DNA from: a virus
Lineage: Duplodnaviria > Caudoviricetes
Length of the DNA stretch: 60,505 nt
IMG/VR virus record: IMGVR_UViG_3300032213_000971
Coordinates: 1 to 60,505 of that record
Strand: one strand, 5' to 3'
This document shows positions 38,549 through 47,949 of this stretch, one piece after another. Each line of letters begins with the position of its first letter. The stretch's first letter is position 1. The notes beneath the pieces are model-generated. The model was not told the origin of the DNA. It did not search any database and saw nothing but the letters and a program-made list of their open reading frames with translations. A program made the position numbers and the translations under genes.

Positions 38549-38590
38549 GATGTCGTCCTAGGGGTGGGGAAACATTCTTTGGGCGGCATC
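38549..38590 (+). other. Long G-U-rich RNA hairpin between terL and tRNA-Gln
   Basis: GATGTCGTCCTAGGGGTG-GGGAAA-CATTCTTTGGGCGGCATC. Confidence 0.6.
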
Positions 38591-38595
38591 AGCAA

Positions 38596-38669
38596 TACCC
38601 TTTGGTGTAACGGTAGCACAGGAGACTTTGACTCTCCCAGTCATGGTTCAAATCCATGAGGGGTAGCCA
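38596..38669 (+). tRNA. tRNA-Gln(UUG)
   Basis: Acceptor TACCCTT/AGGGGTA, GGAGA-CTTTGAC-TCTCC, CATGG-TTCAAAT-CCATG, encoded CCA. Confidence 0.95.
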
Positions 38670-38699
38670 ATTTTTGTGAACGAGTGAACGAATGGATCG

Positions 38700-38742
38700 A
38701 CGCTAGGAGAAACGCTAGGACAAACGCTAGGACAAACGCTAG
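38700..38742. repeat. 12-bp tandem repeat ACGCTAGGA(G/C)AA x3.5
   Basis: Read directly from the sequence. Confidence 0.9.
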
Positions 38743-38772
38743 TAAAGTTTCATATATCAATCAATCCGCCGC

Positions 38773-39126
38773 ATAATGACAGATATAGTTGACATTATCC
38801 TTTTTAAAAGGACAGGTTGCCCCTGTTACTATTCAGGGGTGGTGGAAGTCATTTACCATCAGCATCTAGTAAGATGACCGATCTGCTCTTTCTGAAAGAA
38901 AAAGTGGTAGTTTTTTCCGTCAAAATATTAATGATCGCGCACATTCAATAAAAGTCTACGAGCGAAAACAATAATTGTTTCATATCGGGTATAATTCGTC
39001 GCCACAGACGAGTAATGTGACATATCGGGTGTAGTATCGTCGTTTATGGCGAATAACACACTAGCTATGGTGCCGTGCATGGTTTACAAAACCTTGCCAT
39101 AACTGCAAACATGTGTAGAGTTTGTA
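38773..39126. repeat. Array of short unrelated inverted repeats
   Basis: Examples: TCCTTTT-T-AAAAGGA, CCCCTG-8-CAGGGG, CATCT-4-AGATG, TCTTTC-T-GAAAGA, AAACAAT-A-ATTGTTT. Confidence 0.7.
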
Positions 39127-39128
39127 AC

Positions 39129-39205
39129 GCAGTCCAATGTTCCAAGGATAGGCGATTGGGACTCCAAATCCCGATGGGTTGGTTCGATTCCAACGGGCTG
39201 TGCCA
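39129..39205 (+). tRNA. tRNA-Trp(CCA), atypical D arm
   Basis: Acceptor GCAGTCC/GGGCTGT, TGGGA-CTCCAAA-TCCCG, GTTGG-TTCGATT-CCAAC, encoded CCA. Confidence 0.85.
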
Positions 39206-39212
39206 ATTTTTT

Positions 39213-39419
39213 ATGAAGACAAAAGCAACAATCATTGCCTACAGACCGTGGAACGGAAGCTACTGGGCTTACCGAATGGATTCCTTGAATCATAATGGCG
39301 AAGGTGGAGAACTAATCGCTCGCGGTGACACAATAGAGCAATGCAGGGAGCGCGTCTTTGAGTGGCTGGATGAAAAACGAGAAGCCGATCTTTTGAATAA
39401 ACTAAAAGAGAAAAAATAA
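39213..39419 (+). CDS. Small hypothetical protein
   Basis: ATG immediately after tRNA-Trp; 68 aa. Confidence 0.6.
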   Translation: MKTKATIIAYRPWNGSYWAYRMDSLNHNGEGGELIARGDTIEQCRERVFEWLDEKREADLLNKLKEKK

Positions 39420-39455
39420 AATAATCCGCGTTAATGAATTAAAATGAAAACTCTC

Positions 39456-39543
39456 TCGGGGGAGGCATTGAGGGGCGAAATCGGTCAGGAGGTGTAATAC
39501 GCCGCTGATCGAAAGTAGTAGCGACCTGAACCTCCTCCGACCA
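39456..39543 (+). ncRNA. Candidate structured ncRNA with closing stem and 3' CCA
   Basis: 10-bp stem TCGGGGGAGG/CCTCCTCCGA followed by CCA; inner stem TCGGTCAG/CTGATCGA; GAA/AGTA internal loop. Confidence 0.6.
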
Positions 39544-39687
39544 TTTTCGTAGCGTCACGAAAATGGTTTAGACCACACATGTGTCGAGTGCCAATAATGA
39601 ACGATTTTGTTAAAAATTGTGCATCACAATATTAACAAATTCCAATTATTGGTTGAACTTTCCGGGATTCCCGGGTAGTTCCGTTCT

Positions 39688-40182
39688 ATGCATAACCAAA
39701 TAGAAAGCATAAAAATAGATCAACTTGTACCTTACGCCCGGAACTCACGCACTCATAGCGACATTCAAGTATCGCAGATTGCTGCCAGCATAAAGGAGTT
39801 TGGGTTCACCAACCCGGTTCTGATTTCTGATGACCATGACATTATCGCCGGGCATGGCCGGGTACTGGCTGCAAAGAAGCTAGGAATGGAAGAAGTGCCG
39901 TGCATCAAGCTGTCGCATCTTACCGACACGCAACGCCGGGCATATGTCATCGCAGACAATCAGCACGCCATGAATTCCGGGTGGAACTTCGATATGCTTG
40001 CTGTCGAGATTGATGAACTGAACGACCAGAAGTTTGATATTTCAACCATTGGTTTCACTAATGAGGAGCTTGCTGACTTGATTGGAACTCCTGATGTCCC
40101 GGTGATTGATGAGGATAAAAACAAGGAAAAGGACAAAAGCCCGGTGATTTGTCCAAAGTGCAACCATGAGTTTGTTCCCTAG
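39688..40182 (+). CDS. ParB/Srx N-terminal domain protein with C-terminal Zn ribbon
   Basis: LVPYARNSRTH..IAASIKEFGFTNPVL..IAGHGR..ADN; CPKC.HEF. Confidence 0.92.
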   Translation: MHNQIESIKIDQLVPYARNSRTHSDIQVSQIAASIKEFGFTNPVLISDDHDIIAGHGRVLAAKKLGMEEVPCIKLSHLTDTQRRAYVIADNQHAMNSGWNFDMLAVEIDELNDQKFDISTIGFTNEELADLIGTPDVPVIDEDKNKEKDKSPVICPKCNHEFVP

Positions 40183-40224
40183 ATAACACTTGATGAATAA
40201 CAACAATTAATATACTAGAAAACT

Positions 40225-40803
40225 ATGGCTAAACCTATTATCGGAATGGTTCCCCCGGGAGGGTGGCATTATATTGATGGTGACGCAAAGATCACCGGGC
40301 ATAGCTATGACTCTTTAATCAAGGCTGTTGAAAGCTATCGCGCAGAGAACAGCCTGCCATCCGGGGACATAGAGGGGGATGTGAACTCATTTATTTGCAC
40401 CAATTGGCCGACATTTTGCCACGGTGTGGATATGGTTGCGATTACTTCCGTTGTTGCTCAAACAGCAGCCTCTGAATTGCAGAATGACATTCAGGCATGG
40501 GCAAAGAACATTTTGCACAGCAATCAACGGCATGTTTTGGTGAATGATGAACTAGCAGAGCAGCGTGCGAAAACGTGCTTGGGCTGCAAACACAACGTAA
40601 ATTGGAGGGCCGGGTGTGGAAGCTGTATTGTTGCAACAGACAGGATATGTGCAAGCGTGCGTCAGGGGCGCGACACGCAATCAAGTCAGGTGCTGGGGGG
40701 GTGTTCACTAATGCGTCACGACAATCGTTCAGCTATTTTCTTTGACAAAGATCATATTCATAAGTCTTCTTCTCTTCCCGACAACTGCTGGATGAATATC
40801 TAA
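40225..40803 (+). CDS. Cys-rich protein upstream of portal
   Basis: PPGGW motif; RAKTCLGC, CGSC and NCW. Confidence 0.75.
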   Translation: MAKPIIGMVPPGGWHYIDGDAKITGHSYDSLIKAVESYRAENSLPSGDIEGDVNSFICTNWPTFCHGVDMVAITSVVAQTAASELQNDIQAWAKNILHSNQRHVLVNDELAEQRAKTCLGCKHNVNWRAGCGSCIVATDRICASVRQGRDTQSSQVLGGCSLMRHDNRSAIFFDKDHIHKSSSLPDNCWMNI

Positions 40804-40806
40804 TAT

Positions 40807-43218
40807 ATGGCTACAATACTAAAACCGCTAGACCCGATCATTACAGACGAGTTTGCAAATAGGTCTGCAAGGATCTCTGATTCGCACGACAAGCCTAGGG
40901 TTCTTGATCTTGATATAGTTGATCCAAGCACAGGCAATTCAGAAACAGTTAATCCTAAAACACTTCAGGTAAGGAGAACTTTCCGGGACACAGAGCAGGC
41001 GCACAGCGCATATCGCAGGCTTAAACAACAAAACGTAGAGCGAAATAAGAAGAATCAACTTATTCAGAAGAAGCTGAATCTGGAGCCACCATACCAGAAC
41101 AAGAAACTGGAAAGCATGGGGCAGAACTGGCGCAGCAATCGCCCAACCGGGTTCCTTTCCACGATGGTGAGCCGCATTCAGCCTCCTTTCCGCCAAGTGG
41201 TTGAGCAAGCAACAACAATCACGTTTGCGAAGTATCCAATTGAGTCTGTTGACGCAGATCAAAAGACAAAAGTATTCCGTGATGCGGTTACAAAATGCGT
41301 TCGTGGGTGGAATGGATTCGATGATCTTCTTGCTCAAGTTGTCCATGAGAATACTACCTTTGGTTATTGCGCTTTGTGCTGGGACGATATGCGCGATTGG
41401 AAGCCAGAATTCTTGAGGCAGGACTACACGTTTTTCAGTATTGAGACACCGCAAGTAGCCGATCAGACCCCCATTTGGGCTAGGAAGCGCAGGTATCAAA
41501 TTGCTGACCTTCTTCCCGTGCTTGAAGACCCAGAGATCTCTGCCGCAGCAGGGTGGCATATCAACAACCTTGTAGAATCAATCAACAACGCGATTCCTGC
41601 CGGGCGGACGCTTGATGCGGACGAAGACGCAAGAAGGTACGAGGATTGGACACGAGAGGGCAGCTATGGTGCCAGCTACGAAAACGATGCGAAATATGTA
41701 GAGCTTGGCGAGCTTCTTATCAAGGAGCCGCATGGCAAGATTAGCCGATTCTTGTTCGATGATAAGTCGGGCAAAGAAATCTGCACACAACTGGATCGCT
41801 ACAACAACATGAGCGAGTGCATTGCCCTCTTTGCCGTGGAGGTCGGATCAGGTAGTCTGATGTCCAGCCGGGGTGCTGGTCGCGATCTATACAACTCCCA
41901 CATTGCAATTGAGAAGGCTCGGAATCTGGTAATCGACAACTCCTATCTCAAAGGTCTTCTCCTCCTCAAGAAAGGCCCGAACGCCAAGGTTGGTGTGCCT
42001 CCTCTGACTGTGCATCATCCTGTGGCTTTCGTTTCCGAAGGCTACGAGGTTGTTCCGCAAAATGTCCCGGCAGATGTAGATGATTTCCTTCGCCTAGATC
42101 AGTTCGCCAGCAACCTAGCTGAAATTCAGGTTGGCACATTCCTTCCCGGTTCTCCCGTAGAGACACAATCCCGCAAGACTGCATCAGAAGTTAATCGTGT
42201 GGCCGCAATTGAGAACCAACTTCGCGAGGGTGTCCTGATGCGGTTCAGTAGGCAGTTCTCTAAAGCGGTTGAGCGGATGCAAAGGGGAATTTGTCACCCC
42301 GAACACGTCAAAGCCGCTGCGGAGCTTAAAACGCTTCTGGACATCAAACGACAACAGATTCCTGATGCCGTGTGGGCAAAACGCGAAGTGGTTGACGCTT
42401 TTGATAGATCCTTCATGGAGCTTCCGACATTCCTAGTTCCGTTTGAAGTTCCTCCTCATTTGGACGAGGACGCAATCTCATGCTGTTTGTCGATGATTGA
42501 GCAGAATATTCCGCCATCCGACATCATGCTCATGGCTTACAGCCCGGCTGCTCAACTCACACAAGACACAGCACAACAGGATGTGATGATACTTGATTCG
42601 CTGATCCAGCGTTACGCAGGAAACCCGAACGTAAATCAGGACGAACTCATGCGTCTGGATTGGAGCAAGAAGATGGGCGACACCATCGCGAAGTCTGTCA
42701 TTCTCCCGAAAGATCAGATTGAAGCCATTGCCATTGAGGCTACTCGCCAACAGGTGATTGAGCTTCAATCAATTATTGCAGGCCAAGAGGTTCCTGTGTC
42801 TCCTCGCGACAATGACATCGTGCATCTGAACACAATGGCGCAGAAACTAATGCCAGTGTTCCAGAACATCCCCAATGGGTCATTGCCTCCTGAAGGTGTG
42901 GCACCGCTGGTTGAAGCAATGAAGCATTTCGCTGCACATATTGGGCAAGCAGAGGCAAAGGGATCAAATAAGGAGGAGGTTGCCAAATTCAGGGATCTGT
43001 ATAAGCAAGCAGTCGCGCACATTACTGCGGGGCAAAATGTTCCTCCCCCTCCAGAACTCGCGCCTGCCGCAGCATCCTCTTCAAGCAGAGGATCACAAGC
43101 ACCTAGCCAGCCTGCTCCTGCTCCCGGACAACAGCCCGATTCCTTCATGAATATGGGAGGTCAAAGCGGTGTTGTTCAAAGCGTATCTCACCCGGCCAAA
43201 CCTCCTACCGCAGCATAA
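40807..43218 (+). CDS. Portal protein
   Basis: 803 aa, helical, between TerL and scaffold; KTASEV motif like the TATEV motif of podoviral portals; P/Q-rich tail. Confidence 0.8.
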   Translation: MATILKPLDPIITDEFANRSARISDSHDKPRVLDLDIVDPSTGNSETVNPKTLQVRRTFRDTEQAHSAYRRLKQQNVERNKKNQLIQKKLNLEPPYQNKKLESMGQNWRSNRPTGFLSTMVSRIQPPFRQVVEQATTITFAKYPIESVDADQKTKVFRDAVTKCVRGWNGFDDLLAQVVHENTTFGYCALCWDDMRDWKPEFLRQDYTFFSIETPQVADQTPIWARKRRYQIADLLPVLEDPEISAAAGWHINNLVESINNAIPAGRTLDADEDARRYEDWTREGSYGASYENDAKYVELGELLIKEPHGKISRFLFDDKSGKEICTQLDRYNNMSECIALFAVEVGSGSLMSSRGAGRDLYNSHIAIEKARNLVIDNSYLKGLLLLKKGPNAKVGVPPLTVHHPVAFVSEGYEVVPQNVPADVDDFLRLDQFASNLAEIQVGTFLPGSPVETQSRKTASEVNRVAAIENQLREGVLMRFSRQFSKAVERMQRGICHPEHVKAAAELKTLLDIKRQQIPDAVWAKREVVDAFDRSFMELPTFLVPFEVPPHLDEDAISCCLSMIEQNIPPSDIMLMAYSPAAQLTQDTAQQDVMILDSLIQRYAGNPNVNQDELMRLDWSKKMGDTIAKSVILPKDQIEAIAIEATRQQVIELQSIIAGQEVPVSPRDNDIVHLNTMAQKLMPVFQNIPNGSLPPEGVAPLVEAMKHFAAHIGQAEAKGSNKEEVAKFRDLYKQAVAHITAGQNVPPPPELAPAAASSSSRGSQAPSQPAPAPGQQPDSFMNMGGQSGVVQSVSHPAKPPTAA

Positions 43219-43219
43219 A

Positions 43220-43867
43220 ATGGGAGGAGTAAACGCAAATATCGGCCAAATTGAAGGTGGCAACATAGACCTGAATTCTCGGCCTGTTGTTCAAAACCCT
43301 GATGGTTCTATTAGTACCGTTCGCTCTATGAGCATAGGAACGGACAAAGGAGAGGTTCTTATCCCTACAATCAGTGATGAAGGAAAAGTTCTTGCAGAAA
43401 AAGATGCAATCGATTTGTACAGAAAGACAGGGAAGCATTTAGGTATTTTTGCAACACCAGAACAGGCTACAAAATACGCCGAAGATCTTCACCGGGATCA
43501 AGACAAACTATACTCACAATACAACACAAACAAAAAACCAAAAACCAATATGGGCGGAACATCTGCAATCCCAACACCAGCATCGGCAAACATTCCTGTT
43601 TCTAAAGGAACTTATGACGAAGAAGGCAATGCTGTATCTCTAACTCCTGAACAAGAGCAACTTCGCACCGCTGACCTAGCTTTAGAAGCGCAAAAAGCTC
43701 AAGAATTCCAAGATGCAAAGGAATCTGCTGACAGAAATTTCAAAGGCCAACAAGAAGAGACTTATTCTACCATGTTCGCAAATCCAGACGCAACCAATGA
43801 GGTTGTAGAAAGCCCTAGCGAATACATGAAAGCCAAGACTGCAAAGAAAATGAAAAAGCGCAAATAA
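43220..43867 (+). CDS. Virion-associated protein with [19 protein letters not shown] domain; possible internal start at 43550
   Basis: Globular N-terminal domain ending KHLGIF...A..YA..LH; a second MGG start is in frame after an A/C-rich leader. Confidence 0.7.
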   Translation: MGGVNANIGQIEGGNIDLNSRPVVQNPDGSISTVRSMSIGTDKGEVLIPTISDEGKVLAEKDAIDLYRKTGKHLGIFATPEQATKYAEDLHRDQDKLYSQYNTNKKPKTNMGGTSAIPTPASANIPVSKGTYDEEGNAVSLTPEQEQLRTADLALEAQKAQEFQDAKESADRNFKGQQEETYSTMFANPDATNEVVESPSEYMKAKTAKKMKKRK

Positions 43868-43953
43868 ACGCATTTAATCTAAAAATAACTGATTGACGAT
43901 ATTTTTGCTCATGCTAATTATCGTTTCTTAACCAACCACATCTGAAATAAATT

Positions 43954-44193
43954 ATGACTTGGGATAAATCTGATTCTGCTAGGTTTCGACAATACAATAC
44001 TCAAACAGGAGGAAAACTAATCTCTTTCCTCCGTAGTTGCATTCACAGGGCTGAAGGTGACGATATTGAAGAGTACGCTTTGAGAGCCGCATACAAACAA
44101 GGTGCTGAAGATATAGTTTCTCGGTTGGAAGAAATAATCACAGACGTAAACAAAGAGGATGATGCCTCGTCAGCATCGTTCACATCAATGTAA
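43954..44193 (+). CDS. Small head-module protein
   Basis: Between portal and scaffold; TTGACG at 43893 upstream. Confidence 0.7.
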   Translation: MTWDKSDSARFRQYNTQTGGKLISFLRSCIHRAEGDDIEEYALRAAYKQGAEDIVSRLEEIITDVNKEDDASSASFTSM

Positions 44194-44201
44194 TAAGAGT
44201 T

Positions 44202-45509
44202 ATGGAAAACGAAACAGACAACGAAGTGCCAGAAATCACAGCCGCTAACCCGGATGGAGGAGCAGAGCGATTGGACGCAGACCCAGTAACAAGCAATTTG
44301 CACGACCAGTTGGATTCTCTTCTGGACGAAGCAGAACAAGAAACGCAACCAGAACCCATAACAACAAATGAAGAAACTAATAACAAACCTCCTGTTGAGC
44401 CTGTATCACCTTCTGCCGGGGAAATGGCAGGACAAGCTGGCGATTCAAATGGTCAGCCTGCTCCTCAAGATCAGGTTCTTCCCGTCCAAAATAACGATCA
44501 AGGAACTGCCGATCAGCGACCAGAAATTGACCCCGAAATCGCCCAAATCGAACAACCCCGGAACCTCTCGGAGAAAAATCAAAACAATTGGCGCAAGCTC
44601 CAAGAAACAGCCTCGCACTACAAAAAGCAGGCCGAAGAAGCCGAAATCCTCCGTCAACGACTAGCTGAAGCAGAAACCAAGCCTTCTGCTGCCCCGGAGG
44701 ACTACGACGAGCTAAAGAAATTCCGGGCTATTTTTGATATTAAAAATGACCCATCTTTCAAAAGCAAGTACGAGGAGCCGCTTGAAAATGCGAAGCAGTC
44801 CATCTATTCCGTAATGCGGAAAAACGGGGCAAGCGACGAACTGATTGATAGCATCGAAAAGGCTGGAGGCCCGGAAAAAATTGATCAAAATTGGTGGAAG
44901 ACCAACGCAATCGACAAGCTACAGCTTACCGATGCTGAAAAGCTGAAGCGAGGTCTTCTGGACATTTCTGATCTAAAAGAACAGCAGGAAAAAGAGATTG
45001 CTCACGCTGCCGAAAATGCTGAACAAATCCTTGAGGAAAGGAAAAACAAGAGCATCAACTGGTACAAACAGGAGAGCGAAGGAATCCAGAAGCACATTGA
45101 GGATATAACAAAAGAAATTCCTTGGGCTAGGTATCAGCAAGCACCGCAGAATGCCACGCAGGATCAGGTGGCAAAGATCCAACAGCACAATGCTATGGTT
45201 TCGGATCTGCACAACAAGTTCAACACTGCCCTGTGGCCGCAAAACGCACAGGAACGTGCTTCTGTAGCCGCAGCAGCGGTATTGAGTCACAAACTGGCTG
45301 ACCAACTTCGTCTTGAGCAAAACGCTCGCGGGAACATGGTTGAGCAACTCAAAAAGCTGACTGAAGAAAACAATCGTTTGAAGGGAGCCGGGAAAATCCC
45401 AAAAACTAATGTCACATCTCCTTCGCCAGCAAAAGCAGATGTAAATAGCAGGATCAAGATGAATTCTAGTGATGCTATTGACATGGGACTTGACGAAGCA
45501 GGAGCATAA
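44202..45509 (+). CDS. Putative capsid scaffolding protein
   Basis: Acidic disordered N-terminus and long coiled coils; head-module position. Confidence 0.7.
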   Translation: MENETDNEVPEITAANPDGGAERLDADPVTSNLHDQLDSLLDEAEQETQPEPITTNEETNNKPPVEPVSPSAGEMAGQAGDSNGQPAPQDQVLPVQNNDQGTADQRPEIDPEIAQIEQPRNLSEKNQNNWRKLQETASHYKKQAEEAEILRQRLAEAETKPSAAPEDYDELKKFRAIFDIKNDPSFKSKYEEPLENAKQSIYSVMRKNGASDELIDSIEKAGGPEKIDQNWWKTNAIDKLQLTDAEKLKRGLLDISDLKEQQEKEIAHAAENAEQILEERKNKSINWYKQESEGIQKHIEDITKEIPWARYQQAPQNATQDQVAKIQQHNAMVSDLHNKFNTALWPQNAQERASVAAAAVLSHKLADQLRLEQNARGNMVEQLKKLTEENNRLKGAGKIPKTNVTSPSPAKADVNSRIKMNSSDAIDMGLDEAGA

Positions 45510-45511
45510 TT

Positions 45512-46618
45512 ATGGCAACCAGAGACCCGGTCAGAACACCGATGACCGACAGAACTGCTCGCGCATTGGAGTCGGCAAATCCGTTTGCTACTCCTGTTCC
45601 TGAACCTAAAAGGCTGGATGGACAACCTATCGTCAGGGAACGCGAACCTGTCACAGAATCGACCCCGGAACCCTCGTTAAGTCACGAAAATGCTTCATAT
45701 GAAGCAAAAAGTGATGTTCCACAGCGTTCCACGGGCGATTTAGAACCCATTAAGGACACGCGAGATAGCCAAAAAAAGGAACCAGAGCAGATTCCTGAAG
45801 ATGTTGCAGAACTACTCCGTTCAGGAGATGAGCCGACACTTTTTGAAACAACACCACTCTTTGAATCGAACGAAGAGTTCAACAACCCGATCATCGAAAG
45901 CAGGAACAGCGATGGGATGCCTAGTTATCGTTGCGAGTTCGGTGGCCGGGATATTTTTGTTGCTTGGCCTTGGTATAAAGCAAGCAATCCTGTCACTGCC
46001 GCTACACAGGTCGCGTTCGCTTTGGATTTTGGCCGGGACAAGATCCGCTTCGACATGTCAATCGGAGATGCAAAGATTGAGCATTCCAGAAACAGACTTG
46101 CTCATAAATTCCTAGAAACTGACGCTAAATGGATGCTGATGATTGATGACGACATCATTCCTAGTATTGGTCGCCCATCATGGATGAGGTATTGGGTGCA
46201 GGCCGCAAGGAACCTTCAAGATAACCAGTTGCAAAGGCATGGAATTCATAGGCTAGTTGGAGCAAACAAAACATTGGTAGGAGGCGCATACTTTGGCCGT
46301 CAGGAAAATGGTGCGCTCATGTGCAGCGACCCAACTCTATACAGCAGGGCAAAGCAATATGAAGATGCTGTTGTGCCTGTTGATTGGATCGGGACAGGGT
46401 TTATTCTAATTCACAGGAAAGTGTTTCAAGACATCCGCGAGAAGTTCGGAGATAGCCTGAAAATCGACGTTCCTGATTACGAGTACGATTACTTCAGGCC
46501 ATTCGATAGTGCCAGAGGTGAAGATGTATCATTCTGTATCCGGGCTAAAGAGGCTGGGCATCAGCCTCATATTGACCTAGGAATCCCTATTTTCCATGTA
46601 GGGGCAAAGACATACTAA
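45512..46618 (+). CDS. GT-A (GT2-like) glycosyltransferase with disordered N-terminal extension
   Basis: SRNRLA..FL, MLMIDDD, GTGFILI.R.VF, GEDVSFC and H-VG motifs. Confidence 0.85.
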   Translation: MATRDPVRTPMTDRTARALESANPFATPVPEPKRLDGQPIVREREPVTESTPEPSLSHENASYEAKSDVPQRSTGDLEPIKDTRDSQKKEPEQIPEDVAELLRSGDEPTLFETTPLFESNEEFNNPIIESRNSDGMPSYRCEFGGRDIFVAWPWYKASNPVTAATQVAFALDFGRDKIRFDMSIGDAKIEHSRNRLAHKFLETDAKWMLMIDDDIIPSIGRPSWMRYWVQAARNLQDNQLQRHGIHRLVGANKTLVGGAYFGRQENGALMCSDPTLYSRAKQYEDAVVPVDWIGTGFILIHRKVFQDIREKFGDSLKIDVPDYEYDYFRPFDSARGEDVSFCIRAKEAGHQPHIDLGIPIFHVGAKTY

Positions 46619-46619
46619 A

Positions 46620-47204
46620 ATGAAGAAAATATACGCATATTACGAGTCTATTGCTTTGTCCAACCAACCAGAGGAATTTGCCTGCGCCAACCATTGGAAA
46701 GCAAGCTGGGAGAAAAATGGATGGGAAACAGTCATGTTGAACAGGAGTCACGCACAAGGAAGCCATCTTTACAACAAGCTACAGCAAAAGATGATGAATT
46801 GTGCGATGGGATTACCATCAGAACTAACAGCAAGATTCCATTGGATTACTGCTAGGTTTGCTCGTTGGTGCGCCTTGCACGCTGCCGGTGGTGGGTGGAT
46901 GTCCGACTACGATGTTTTAAATAAGTCATTCAAACCAGAAGCCGCAGACAAAATAGAACAAACAGAAACGCTTACTATCGTTGGCGACCCAGCATTTCTA
47001 TTTTACGCCACCAAAGAACATGCCGCATCAGCTATAATAAAGCTCTCGCGAACAGACATTATTCAGGACAATTCTGTAGTTTCTGAACATAGCCTCCTAG
47101 GAATAGAACTGACCACAAAAGGATTCGCGAAAAAAGTCATTCACGCAAAGTCACAGGAAGATGCGTGTAGGTCTGAAATTATGGCGAATCTGATGAAAAA
47201 GTAA
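46620..47204 (+). CDS. DxD glycosyltransferase-like protein (GT32-like)
   Basis: W..SW...GW, RW.AL...GG.MSDYD. Confidence 0.7.
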   Translation: MKKIYAYYESIALSNQPEEFACANHWKASWEKNGWETVMLNRSHAQGSHLYNKLQQKMMNCAMGLPSELTARFHWITARFARWCALHAAGGGWMSDYDVLNKSFKPEAADKIEQTETLTIVGDPAFLFYATKEHAASAIIKLSRTDIIQDNSVVSEHSLLGIELTTKGFAKKVIHAKSQEDACRSEIMANLMKK

Positions 47205-47205
47205 T

Positions 47206-47949
47206 ATGAAAAGTAAATTTTTGGTAGCTTTGCAGTATTGGGATGGAGACAAAGAACAAGCCTGCAAATTGCTTGATTTGTTTGCCAAAACAATAACTCC
47301 AGAAAACGAGTTTGCAGATCTAGTAATTTTTTATAGAGCGGACTCGACCCCTCCCTGTTTAGAGTTGCTAGAAATACTAAAAATTCCATTTTCCAAGGTT
47401 TGGTGCATCAAATCTAAAAATATTATGCAGGGGTGGCCGAATGGGTGTAACCAACTCTGGACTGATTTGGTAATGGAGGCATATATACGATCAACGCAAT
47501 CCGCTACTTCAAAACCACCAGAATGGTCAGAATATAAAGCAATTCTCACGATAGAATCTGATTCCTGCCCTATAAAAAAAAGCTGGTTAAAAGAGTTATC
47601 TGAAGAATGGGATGGCCTTCAGGCTTGTGTAGTCGGAACATGGTTGGGAAACAACGACGAGCATGAAGGGTTAGGGCATATCAACGGAAATGCTATGTTC
47701 TGCATAGATATTGTCAAAAAATGCCCAACAATATCAGGAACCCCGTGCGATAAAGCGTGGGACACATATCACGCAAAAACATTTCAGAAGGCAGGATGGG
47801 CAAGCACACAAAAAATAGTAAGTATGCACAACAGCAAAACTCTTAATACAGATCAATATGAACACCTAAAAAACACAGATTGCGTATTTTTGCATGGAGT
47901 AAAAGACAATTCCGTGTTGGAGATGTATTTAAATGAAAATTCTAAATAA
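47206..47949 (+). CDS. Putative glycosyltransferase
   Basis: GWP.G.N, IESDSCP...W, HINGNA, AWD and HGVK motifs. Confidence 0.65.
   Translation: MKSKFLVALQYWDGDKEQACKLLDLFAKTITPENEFADLVIFYRADSTPPCLELLEILKIPFSKVWCIKSKNIMQGWPNGCNQLWTDLVMEAYIRSTQSATSKPPEWSEYKAILTIESDSCPIKKSWLKELSEEWDGLQACVVGTWLGNNDEHEGLGHINGNAMFCIDIVKKCPTISGTPCDKAWDTYHAKTFQKAGWASTQKIVSMHNSKTLNTDQYEHLKNTDCVFLHGVKDNSVLEMYLNENSK

Noticed and set aside
38670-39128. CRISPR array
   Set aside because: No constant 25-40 bp repeat with regular spacers; the palindromes differ from each other.
39129-39205. Pyrrolysine/suppressor tRNA or genome recoding
   Set aside because: The anticodon is CCA, and genes end normally in TAA, TGA and TAG under the standard code.
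247-46115. Many other minus-strand ORFs (e.g. 15910-16584, 19798-20370, 40939-41559)
   Set aside because: They lie opposite well-supported + strand genes and have shadow-like composition.
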